The translations under genes were made by a program, and so were the position numbers. From Macrostomum hystrix (lineage: Eukaryota > Animalia > Platyhelminthes), in the NCBI GenBank assembly GCA_950097015.1, contig CATNEN010000031.1, positions 1,302,001 through 1,366,000 on the forward strand: a stretch of 64,000 bases of DNA, in the 5' to 3' direction. Shown one piece after another: positions 1 to 10,430 of this stretch. The notes beneath the pieces are model-generated. The model was not told the origin of the DNA. It ran no database searches and was given only the letters and a program-made list of their open reading frames with translations. The first letter of the stretch is position 1; each line of letters begins with the position of its first letter.

Positions 1-1026
1 GGATCCTCCACAATAGTCCCACATCTGCAATGGATCCTCCACAATAGTCCCACATCTGCAATGGATCCTCCACAATAGTCCCCACATCTGCAATGGATCC
101 TCCACAATAGTCCCATATCTGCAATGGATCCTCCACAATAGTCCCACATCTGCAATGGATCCTCCACAATAGTCCCACATCTGCAATGGATCCTCCACAA
201 TTGTCCCACATCTGCAATGGATCCTCCACAATTGTCCCACATCTGCAATGGATCCTCCACAATATGTCCCACATCTGCAATGGATCCTCCACAATAGACC
301 CACATCTGCAATGGATCCTCCACAATTGTCCAACATCTGCAATGGATCCTCCACAATTGTCCCACATCTGCAATGGATCCTCCACAATAGTCCCACATCT
401 GCAATGGATCCTCCACAATTGTCCCACATCTGCAATGGATCCTCCACAATAGCCCCACATCTGCAATGGATCCTCCACAATTGTCCCACATCTGCAATGG
501 ATCCTCCACAATTGTCCCACATCTGCAATGGATACTCCACAATAGTCCCACATCTGCAACGGATCCTCCACAATTGTCCCACATCTGCAATGGATCCTCC
601 ACAATAGTCCCACATCTGCAATGGATCCTCCACAATTGTCCCACATCTGCAATGGATCCTCCACAATTGTCCCACATCTGCAATGGATACTCCACAATTG
701 TCCCACATCTGCAATGGATCCTCCACAATTGTCCCACATCTGCAATGGATACTCCACAATTGTCCCACATCTGCAATGGATCCTCCACAATTGTCCCACA
801 TCTGCAATGGATACTCCACAATTGTCCCACATCTGCAATGGATCCTCCACAATTGTCCCACATCTGCAATGGATCCTCCACAATAGTCCCACATCTGCAA
901 TGTATCCTCCACAATAGACCCACATCTGCAACGGATTCTCCACAATAGTCCCACATCTGCAATGTATCCTCCACAATAGACCCACATCTGCAACGGATTC
1001 TCCACAATAGTCCCACATCTGCAATG
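1..1026. repeat. 31-bp minisatellite (GGATCCTCCACAAT[A/T]GTCCCACATCTGCAAT)n, truncated by window start
   Basis: About 33 near-identical 31-bp units seen directly; overlapping ORFs are repeat artefacts. Confidence 0.97.
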
Positions 1027-1549
1027 GGTCACCTGAGACGTAGCCGGGTCTTTTAATTGGGACATAATAAATCTATTTTTCCTTTACTCACAATATCTTC
1101 CCAAAGCCCAATGCTGAAACGCGGCTATGCTGAAAAAAAGATCAATCTTCAAAACTGCTGAGTTAGTAAAAAAGCGTTTTAAATTGATCGGTTCCAACCC
1201 AAAAAAGTTTTTGACATTGTCGAGATTCGATAAATCAGAAATCGGCAAACTTTTATTTCAACATTTGTAAGGTAAACTTTAAACTTGTTGAATTTTGCAT
1301 AAAAAATTCCAATTTAAATAAAAACTTACAAAAATGTTGCGACTGAGATCTGCTGAGCTGGCAGTTTGATCAGGTGGCACATGGAAACAAAACTGGACAG
1401 CGAATGTTGGGCAGTTGGTGTGTCTCGGAGCAGTTGGTCAAACAGGCCAGGTGCATAAAAGCGGACAGTCGGAGGAGCCAACCACCAAGTGAACTCACAG
1501 CTCTCAGTCTGCTACAGAAAGAACAGCGAGAAAGCGAACCTGCCAGAAG

Positions 1550-2218
1550 ATGAAGCTGCTGCTGCTGATCTCCGCCCTGTTGGCCACCGCGCTGGCCTGC
1601 GAGAACCCGCCCCGTGAGGGCGCCATCGGAGTGGCCGGTCTGGGCTACCACAACGGCACCTACCTCAAACTGCTGGGAGGCATTGCCGGATCCAAGGAGA
1701 AGAAGAAGGTGGCCGCCTACTTCAAGGTCCAGTCCAAGAACTACTCCGGACACCACTACACCCTGTTCGACTTTGAGCAGGGAGTCGGCTACTACGCCTG
1801 GGGCACCAGCGCCGCCAACGCCCAGTGCGTGAAGATCCCCGTGAGCCACGCCAAGCACTTCCTCACCCTGTGCCCGAAGCTGTGGCCGAACCACCGCGTG
1901 GTGGCTCGCTCCACCGTCACCCACCGCAAGGTGCCCATCAGCGTGCACTGCGGACGCAAGACCAAGGGCGACCTGTCCATCAAGCTGGGCGGCGTCATCG
2001 ATGACAGGTGCGTGCCGATCCTCATCAAGAAGAAGTACACCAAGAACGGAAAGTGCTCCGGAGGCATCCTGTTCTTCTTCGGCTTCCACGACCCCAAGGA
2101 CAAGTACTTCGAGCTGCCCGAGCTGTGCGCCAGCGCCAAGTTCTACAAGCCGAAGCGCGGAGAGGGCAAGAAGCCCCAGTCCCACAACACCCACGGTGTG
2201 CCGACCCCCGACAGTTGA
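1550..2218 (+). CDS. Secreted Lys-rich protein, probably ependymin-related (EPDR-like)
   Basis: ATG ORF, 222 aa, intronless, strong GC3 bias, signal peptide MKLLLLISALLATALA. Cys spacing CENP..EG / QCVK / RCVP / FHDP..YFELPELC resembles the ependymin pattern (motif recall). Confidence 0.6.
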   Translation: MKLLLLISALLATALACENPPREGAIGVAGLGYHNGTYLKLLGGIAGSKEKKKVAAYFKVQSKNYSGHHYTLFDFEQGVGYYAWGTSAANAQCVKIPVSHAKHFLTLCPKLWPNHRVVARSTVTHRKVPISVHCGRKTKGDLSIKLGGVIDDRCVPILIKKKYTKNGKCSGGILFFFGFHDPKDKYFELPELCASAKFYKPKRGEGKKPQSHNTHGVPTPDS

Positions 2219-3136
2219 ACTGCTCACCGCTCCTGACTGTCAGCTCAACAACAATATGGCCCGTGACTTATAGAAGTTTAATCGCTTCGTTTTGCGCAAA
2301 ATCGCAAAATAAATGAATTAAATTCCTCGCCAATATTCACTATCAAACTAAGGCTTGAATTTCTCTCATTTTGCACGAAAGTTGCAGCCTAGTGATTGGA
2401 GCTTCGGACTCCTTATCAAGAGGCCCTGATTTCGAATTCCAGCCTAGAGGGGACAGTTTGTGTCCCAGAGGAAGATAATTCACTGGAGCTACTCACTGCT
2501 GCTAATTGAGACACCAGTCGCAATTTGTGAGAATGACGACTGTCATTGCGAATGGCTTTGGGTGTGTATTGTACTGGCTTTAGCAGTGATTGCTTTTCTC
2601 AGTGATTCAGTTAGTCATGTACAGGCGCAGCGCATTCAATTCAAGGTTGAAAGCCTTAGCGCGCGTGCAGCCGACAGGATTTGGTTAGATTTTTTATTAT
2701 TCACAGTTCACAATGGCATCGTGTTGTCCCTGGAAAATAAAAAAACTAACTGGGAAACAAACAATTCTTTAACAAAGTGAATGATAAAATGGAGTATATT
2801 TAGTTTGCGCTGGATTAGATTCAGACTGCGAATAAGTGCTTTACTGACAATATACATTATTACATACTTGGTGCTTGCTTATATTATGCAGCTTTTAATA
2901 CATAAAACGGTGCTTCTAACGGTGAAACGTAGAAACGACGCAACAAGCTATAAATAGTATAGTAAAAAGGATTTAAGTAGTTGGTAAAACATCAGCAAAC
3001 AAGTATTTTATAAAATGTGAATTATTTTCAAATGGCGAAGTAAAAAAATACAAACTACTTTCATAGAGTGCTACTTAAAGTAGGTAGTTGAAGTCAAGCT
3101 GCTATTTTAGGCCAGTCAATTGCACAGTCAGACATG

Positions 3137-3967
3137 TCAGTGTTCACCAGTGCCGTTGCACGCTCCATTCTCTCCGCTTTCCGGCTGTTTCTCCACCTCC
3201 ATGGGGACGTCCTTGAGCTGCGGCTGCTTCTTTGGCTGCTGCGGCTCCAGCGGTGCTTCGATGCACAGCCGGCCGTCATGGCTGAGCTTGCTCACCACCT
3301 GGTCCAGCTTGGTGCCGCCTGGCAGCTGGTACAGCCTCTCCAGCCGTCGGTGCATCTTCTGGCCACCGCTCTCCTCCTTGTGCTCCGCCTCGACCAGGAC
3401 GCAGTCGCCCTGCTGACGAACCCGAATCTCCTCCGGCTTGAATTCGCGGACTGACAGCTCGGCTTTGAAACGTTTGGCGCCGTCCTTGGACTCCACAATC
3501 TGGCCGCCAGCCTCCGATTTCAGATCCTGGCCTCGGAGCAGCTCGCGCAGCTCGTCCCACACCGAAGACTCCTGATGTCGCTTCTGCGCCTGACGCTGCT
3601 TTGGCTTCGGCTCTTTGAATGGTGCCTCTAGGACGAGGACACCATCGCGGGAGAAGCGGCTGCTGAGCTTCTCGGCGTCGACTTCCTCCGGCATTTCAAT
3701 AGTCCGTTTAATCTCCGTGACGTCCTCGCCATTTTCGTGTCGAGCCTCCACTCGTAGTTTGTGCTTGTCCCGCTTAACAGAGACTTCTTTGGGCGAGAAG
3801 CCCTGCAGATCGATCGAATGATTCCACACACGCGGTCGACGCGGGCCTCGGTTCCTTAGAAGCTGCACCAGCGGATCGTATTGTGGCAGCAGCCAGTCGT
3901 CCAGGGTGTGCATCGATATCAACGGAAGCGTTCTGGAAAATGTTCTTGGTGCGATCCAGAGCGACAT
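3137..3967 (-). CDS. Small heat-shock protein with two alpha-crystallin domains (p40/Tsp36-like)
   Basis: 276 aa with two ACD signatures: FSPKEVSVK...LSSRFSRDGVLVLEAP and FKPEEIRVR...VSKLSHDGRLCIEAP. Confidence 0.9.
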   Translation of the reverse strand: MSLWIAPRTFSRTLPLISMHTLDDWLLPQYDPLVQLLRNRGPRRPRVWNHSIDLQGFSPKEVSVKRDKHKLRVEARHENGEDVTEIKRTIEMPEEVDAEKLSSRFSRDGVLVLEAPFKEPKPKQRQAQKRHQESSVWDELRELLRGQDLKSEAGGQIVESKDGAKRFKAELSVREFKPEEIRVRQQGDCVLVEAEHKEESGGQKMHRRLERLYQLPGGTKLDQVVSKLSHDGRLCIEAPLEPQQPKKQPQLKDVPMEVEKQPESGENGACNGTGEH

Positions 3968-4084
3968 GATGCTAGTACGACGAGAAAAATCGAGCTTTCC
4001 TTGAATTGATCGAGTTCTTGCTTCTCGAAAAGTTGCTTTGAAGAGCTTTTGAATTCTAAAAAAACTTTCGGTCAGCCCACTTGC

Positions 4085-4143
4085 TTTTATAGACTCATGT
4101 AATTCCAGAAATTTCTTTCCAGAAACATTTTCTAGAAATTTCC
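4085..4143 (-). promoter_or_regulatory. TATA box plus clustered heat-shock elements of the sHSP gene
   Basis: TATAAAA on the minus strand at 4085-4091. Alternating nGAAn/nTTCn pentamers (aTTCcaGAAatTTC 4102-4116; tTTCtaGAAatTTCc 4129-4143) immediately upstream. Confidence 0.85.
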
Positions 4144-6165
4144 ATTTGTGTTTCTAAATTTACGTTTTATTAGCGTTTCTCATCTTACCCTACTTTTAGT
4201 AGAACGTATTGACTATGAAAATCACGTAGCTTTAACAAGTGCAGTGACAAAATTTAGATAAATATTAGAGATTTAATATCGATGCTAGTAGCAAAAATTT
4301 AGATAAAAACTTATTTTTATGGCATGTTGCTTATAAACTCCAAAATACACATTCGACCGCCTTTCGTTTCAGTCGTTTCAAAGAACCGCTTCCCTTTTAA
4401 TTCTAAACTTTTTCTAAATATATTACGAATTCACGCAGCGTGCTAGAAAAAGACTGTCTGGAACATTGGCTTGGCCTTGAAATGAAGGATGAAACATTGC
4501 TTATACATAGAATATATAAGCTTCGCTTCCAAGACTTAGAAGTTCTGCTCGCTCGCATTCTTTGAGGGCGGCTTGAATAATGTGGTTTTTCTTGATATTT
4601 GTGCATGCATTTCATGCATGTTTTTTTCACTTAGGCCTAAGGCCTGCGTTGCTTGGGGATTGGGGTCACAGGTCAAAGTGAAGGGATGCCTTAGAGCGCT
4701 CAAGGACGAAAAAGAGCCATGCCATATAGGTGTCATGGGCCAAGGTGGGTTGCAATAGTTTTCTGGAGTCCATCCAGTCGCCAGCAGGTCGCACACCGTG
4801 GTCTCGCCTTTTGTCTGGGTCCCTCCTTGACTCCATTGTCTTTGTCAGTAGTGTTGCCAGCGATTTAGTTATGAAGTCAGGTTTTGGACAACAATTAGGC
4901 CTTAGGCCCCTAAAAGTCTTTAGCTCCAGCAGGCAATTATTACCATAGGCAATGAGGCAAATGGGCAAGTAGGCCTAACCAGTGCCTTATTATAGCCAGT
5001 ATATAATGCAATAGATCACAACAATAAACCAACATATTACCATATTCCCATATTTGTATATTTCATCGCAATGCATATTTATTGTCCTATATACACATTT
5101 TAACATTTATTTATGGCCTTAGGCCTACTCTATAGACAGTAGCTATATTGTTAATTGTTATTCTGAAAAGGAACATGAAAAGTTTTACAAAATGAGCCCC
5201 AGCAAACAAGATTTATTTCTTGTTTCCTATGCTATAGAAATTTTATTAATACATTTATAATTTTGTAAAAAAAGTTGTTTTTACTTTTGAAATTTTTTTA
5301 GGCCTGCCTACAATTGAAAGTTCAAACAAATATGTCAAATTCTCAATCAAGCTGGATGTATGAAATGTGGATATAAACTTATCATTAAATCATTAAAAAT
5401 CTGCAAGGCAAATTGGTTGCCAAGGATTTTAGATAATCTAAGCCTTCTACTTTTTGCTCTAATGGTTGTTTAATTCTCTTAGTAGCTCATATTAAGAGTA
5501 TTACAGCTTTTAACCTCAGAATTATGTAGGCTTAGGACCAAATATTTTTTCAACATTTGCCTTGTCATGTTTCCAACAATAAATTGACACCCTAGACCAT
5601 ATTCACCACCAATATTAAGTAAATAACAAATATTTTTACTTCAAATAAAATTGAAAGTATGTTCCCCTGCTTCTTCACTTATTCTGTCATTCCATTGACA
5701 AACTAAATAGTTACTTGATGTGACCTTATACTTTAACCCATCACACATCAAGTTTCACATACATCTTGACACATTTCATTGCTACAAATTGATACCTCAG
5801 TGCTCAGACAGTTATTAAAGAAGATAAGAAAGATGGATATAAGAAGCTTTTATTGGCAAATGTCCACACCCTACTTTATCAGTAGCCAGTTTAATATTAC
5901 TACTTTTATATTTAATCTACTTAAGTAGCAGCTAGACTAGGCCTAGCCACCATAAAAAATATATGTCTTATACTAAGAAAGTTTTTTAGGAAAGTGTAAA
6001 CTCTCTTACCTTTTTGTCCATATTGACTAAGAATAGTTGATCACATAAAACTAGTTTCTGCTATTCCAGTCATTATCAAAATAAATGCTTGTTGCAGATT
6101 TAAAGTTGAGAATAACTTTCAAAGTAAACAACACAAAGGAAAATCTTGTTAATTATTATTTGCAG

Positions 6166-6570
6166 TTCGCACTGCAATTATTGTCAACAGTGCCAAGGCC
6201 AGGCTGCTGGGTCTTGAGTAGCTGCCTAACTCAGCATGGCTGTCATAGCCTGGCATACTGCAGCTGTCATGTTTCTAGGCGCCAATTGCACTGTACAGCT
6301 ATTTCGCTAGGAATCTCAGCTAAGGCTCGCGCTTTGAAGCTGATCAAAGAGGATCCAGGCACAGCCAAGCGGTGGATGATTCAAAAGTTCTTCGACCAGC
6401 CACCTTCAGCTACGGGAGCCACTCTGACACAGCCAGGTCAGAATGCTCTGGCCCACTTTGACAAGGTGTACGCGCCGGAGTTCGGGCCGGAGCTTTGGCC
6501 GTCAGTCCGGCTGGCTCTGCTATCACCGCCTAGGCATGCTGCCGTGCTGAACCGGTTCTACCCTGATCAG
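6166..6570 (+). CDS. NSUN4: NSUN4-like mitochondrial RNA m5C methyltransferase, first coding exon (5' boundary uncertain; alternative in-frame ATG at 6085)
   Basis: ALAHFDKVYAPEFGPELWPSVRLALLS matches the NSUN4 N-terminal motif. Donor CAG|GTGATT at 6570/6571; acceptor TTGCAG| at 6165. Confidence 0.8.
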
Positions 6571-6625
6571 GTGATTAGTTCACATCTCTCTTGTCACTAC
6601 TGCTGAGTTGGACTGCTAGGATGGG

Positions 6626-7190
6626 TCATTGCTAGACAATTGACGGGCAGGAATGGCTAATTGCTAGAACATTAAATGAGGAAATGGTGATTGCTAGATT
6701 ACTGACAGTGAGGAAATTGTCATTGCTAGATTAGGGCTTACTGACAGTGAGGAAATAGTCATTGCTAGATTACTGACAGTGAGGAAATAGTCATTGCTAG
6801 ATTACTGACAGCGAGGAAATGGTCTTTGAAATGGTCATTGGAAATGGTCATTGCTAGATTACAGACAGTGAGGAAATGGCCATTGCTAGATTACTGACAG
6901 TGAGGAAATAGTCATTGCTAGATTACTGACAGCGAGGAAATGGTCTTTGAAATGGTCATTGCTAGATTACTGACAGTGAGGAAATGTTCATTGCTAGATT
7001 ACTGACAGTGAGGAAATGGTCATTGCTAGATTACTGACAGTGAGGAAATGGTCATTGCTAGATTACTGACAGTGAGGAAATGGTCATTGCTAGATTACTG
7101 ACAGTGAGGAAATGGCCATTGCTAGATTACTGACAGTGAGGAAATTGCCATTGCTAGATTACTGACAGGAAGGAATGGGTCGTTGCTAGA
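6626..7190. repeat. 32-bp intronic minisatellite (CATTGCTAGATTACTGACAGTGAGGAAATGGT)n
   Basis: Direct tandem units in NSUN4 intron 1. Confidence 0.95.
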
Positions 7191-7286
7191 GAAGTTTGAA
7201 AGTTAGCGGCCTTAAAAAGGGTTGTTTGATATAAACTACTCGCTTTAAGTAGTATAATTAATGTAATAGTAAAAACAACTGCTCAG

Positions 7287-7376
7287 ACCGCGGCCGAGTC
7301 GCGTCTCATTGGGACCGGCGCCGAAGATTTGACACCCAGCTGGCGACAGCGCTTGCAGGAGAGGATAGCTGAGGCT

Positions 7377-7416
<40 letters not shown>

Positions 7417-8002
7417 TCGCGGAACGGCCGGCAGACCTAAAAGTACTCAGCTACAACAGATTAGAGGCTTCAGAAGCAGCCGAGGCCGCTCTCGCCTCGG
7501 GATTGTCGTTGGATTCGCGCTCAAATTTAAACGAATTCCTGCCGGCCACCGAGTTCATCACCGAGTTGGACCCGCGCGGCCGCGCCTCAGCGGCTAGCGC
7601 CAAACTGCTTGACCGATTGCCCACTGGTGAAGAAGAAGAAGAAGACTCGAGCAGTCCGCGAAACTGCATCGATCCCACCAATCCGGATCTGTGGCTTGAC
7701 AGCGATCTGAATGTGTCTCCCAATCTGCGAGTGTTTGCCTTCCCATCTGGCAGCGAGAGCCAGCCGTACAGTGCTAGAGGAACACCAGCTCAATGGTTTC
7801 CGCGTCCAAAGCCCGATCCGGACACTGGACTCTGTCCGTATCTGCCAATGGATCTTGGCTCAGTGGCTGCGGCTCTGGCTCTCAGTCCAGGCGACGGCGA
7901 CTCAGTGCTTGACCTGTGCGCAGCGCCCGGTGCCAAGGCCTTCTGCTTGCTGCAACAGGCGCTACCTGGCCGTATGCTGTGCCTGGACAAGTCTTCCGCT
8001 AG
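7287..8002 (+). CDS. NSUN4: NSUN4 exon 2 (SAM-binding motif I)
   Basis: YLPMDLGS...VLDLCAAPGAK. Acceptor CTCAG|ACC in phase 0, donor AG|GTGAAC in phase 2; phases agree with neighbouring exons. Confidence 0.88.
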
Positions 8003-8063
8003 GTGAACATGTGTAATTAGCAATGCTGCTAACCCAACACTTGCACCCGCCACTCTCTCCCTG

Positions 8064-8711
8064 GATCCTTCAGGGCCTCTCTTCCCCTATCCTTCAGGGC
8101 CTCTCTTCCCCTATCCTTCAGGGCCTCTCTTCCCCTATCCTTCAGGGCCTCTCTTCCCCTATTCTTCAGGGCCTCTCTTTCCCGAACCTTTAGGGCCTCT
8201 CTTCCATGATCCTTCAGGGCCTCTCTTCCCCTATCCTTCAGGGCCTCTCTTCATTGATCCTTCAGGGCCTCTCTTCCCTTATCCTTCAGGGCCTCTCTTC
8301 CCCTATCCTTCAGGGCCTCTCTTCCCCTATCCTTCAGGGCCTCTCTTCCCCTATCCTTCAGGGCCTCTCTTCCCCTATCCTTCAGGGCCTCTCTTCCCCT
8401 ATTCTTCAGGGCCTCTCTTTCCCGAACCTTTAGGGCCTCTCTTCCATGATCCTTCAGGGCCTCTCTTCCCCTATCCTTCAGGGCCTCTCTTCATTGATCC
8501 TTCAGGGCCTCTCTTCCCTTATCCTTCAGGGCCTCTCTTCCCCTATCCTTCAGGGCCTCTCTTCCCCTATCCTTCATGGCCTCTCTTCCATGATCCTTCA
8601 GGGCCTCTCTTCCCCTATCCTTCAGGGCCTCTCTTCCCCTATCCTTCAGGGCCTCTCTTCCCCTATCCTTCAGGGCCTCTCTTCCACTATCCTTCAGGGC
8701 CTCTCTTCCCC
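8064..8711. repeat. 24-bp intronic minisatellite (ATCCTTCAGGGCCTCTCTTCCCCT)n
   Basis: Direct tandem units in NSUN4 intron 2. Confidence 0.96.
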
Positions 8712-8803
8712 TTCCCCACGGTCCTATAGAGCGTTGTTTTCCCAGTCCTTCCAGGCTGCTTCTGCATGTAATTCCTATGCCCCGCTCCGCTTCCTTCGCT
8801 CAG

Positions 8804-9037
8804 ATCCGGCCGCCTCGCCCGCCTACTCGGCTCGCACGTGCCGCCAGCAATCCTGGCCGCCTGCTCAGTGTCGCAATCCTACGCCAATGCTCTGGACTCC
8901 GGCTCGTATCCCATGAACGCATTCGATCGGGTGCTAGTTGATCCCACCTGTTCAGGCGATCGGCATTCGTTGAACGACCCCGAGGCCGATCTGTTTAGCG
9001 GCGGACGCAGCAAGGAGCGAGTCGGCCTGCCTTCTAA
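8804..9037 (+). CDS. NSUN4: NSUN4 exon 3 (motif IV)
   Basis: FDRVLVDPTCSGDRHSL matches the NSUN motif IV. Acceptor CTCAG| at 8803, donor AA|GTGAGC at 9037/9038. Confidence 0.88.
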
Positions 9038-9072
9038 GTGAGCAGTCTCAAGTCATTTGTTTTTCTTAGCTG

Positions 9073-9933
9073 AGTAGTATGCAAGAGGGGGCTTCTAGGA
9101 CAAAAATAATCGCAGCCTCCATTATCCACAAACCATTACTTTTATTATTCCCGAAGAGATCAGGAAAAAAAGGGTTCCCGCCCCTCTAAAAACTCCGTCT
9201 CCATATTCTAAATTCTCTACTTTTAATATCCCACATCAGTTTGTAAGTTGAATATCTAGGACAAAAATTATCGCAGCCTCCTTAATGCACAAACCATTAC
9301 CTTTCCTGAAGGAACAAGGTTCCCCCGCCAAAAAAAAATACTTTCCAGTTTGTGAGTTGCACATCTTGGACAAAAAAAATTATCGCAGCCACTCCCTAAG
9401 AGATCATGCACAAAATAGCGAAGCTGCAAAAAGCGTGCCAAGACAATCAAATTAGCACTAAAATCCCATTCCCAAAACTCAAGACCCCAAACCTAGGGTG
9501 CTCATCCTCCGAAAAAAAAATTATATTCTCATTAAAAATGCTCCCAATCGTCTCTCCAGGATCTTATTACAAAAGTCATGAGCCTAATTACAAGAGTAAG
9601 TACCGATGCAAACAAGAATGCAGCGAGTACATGAAGAAATATTGTCCCAACGTCGATATCAATGTCCCTAATATTAATCTAGCAGTTAAGAGTCACTGGT
9701 TTCATAAGTATGGAGCAATTATAAAGGACTACGACAGCTACTATAACTTTGCAGAAATCATTAAGCAGCTTACATTCTCTCAATGATCAACGTCAATACA
9801 AACTCTTCACCGTTGAAATCAACGCCAACACCATCTTCCGTCTCAAACTGCAGCACAATCTCGTGAATCTCCTTATTACTTAGCACAACTCTTTTCACTG
9901 GATTTGGTTTCTCTACCAGCATCTGTCCTCCAG
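9073..9933 (+). repeat. Polinton left terminal inverted repeat (861 bp)
   Basis: Reverse complement of 23600-24460. One mismatch seen (9176 vs 24357) in the parts compared by eye. Confidence 0.95.
9538..9786 (+). CDS. TIR-encoded orphan ORF, left copy (82 aa from ATG 9538; 126 aa if started at 9406)
   Basis: ATG 9538 has the A-tract context (CATTAAAAATG) shared by other element genes. Identical copy in the right TIR. No recognised family. Confidence 0.45.
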   Translation: MLPIVSPGSYYKSHEPNYKSKYRCKQECSEYMKKYCPNVDINVPNINLAVKSHWFHKYGAIIKDYDSYYNFAEIIKQLTFSQ

Positions 9934-10430
9934 AACTCCTCCAGAAATCGAAAAGCAAACTTAAAAGCTTTCTAAAACATACTGAGTTGGTAGTTCAATG
10001 ATTCACAAGTATATTTACATAAGATGCAAAGGAGGAAAAAGCTGACACTATGAGTGCGCAGTGTCATCCGGTTGAGAATTTCCTCCGCGACGTGCGAGCT
10101 AGTTGCAAGGCTGGAAATGAATGAAGGTAGAGAAAGAACAAGATATTGTATAGACCCACACACAATCCAAAATCAATATTATTCGGATCCAGAATAATAT
10201 TGATTTTCCTCGTGCTCATTTCGTGTACAGCAAATCGTATAGGGCAGAGTTCTTCCAGATATTGATATTGTAGACCCTCACACAATCCAAAATCGATATT
10301 ATTCGGATCCAGAATAATATTGATTTTCTAGCTCCTGCTCATTTCATGTACAGCAAATTGCATAGGGCAGAGTTCTTCCAGGGTTGATATAGATTTATAC
10401 TTACTGGGTATACGCGCGCGTATTGTGTCT

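Noticed and set aside
1370-2227. Long antisense or alternative-frame ORFs over GC-rich genes (also 21628-22329, 35963-36571, 57407-59167, 61360-62376)
   Set aside because: Shadow ORFs expected from GC3-biased coding on the other strand or frame; no motifs
4403-4968. Short ORFs between the sHSP promoter and NSUN4
   Set aside because: No motifs, mostly non-ATG starts, no consistent splice pairing
10064-10430. Repeat protein (LEELCP..FAVHEMS) encoded on the minus strand of the 120-bp duplication
   Set aside because: Frames are broken by stops and shifts between units; the hairpin reading is better supported
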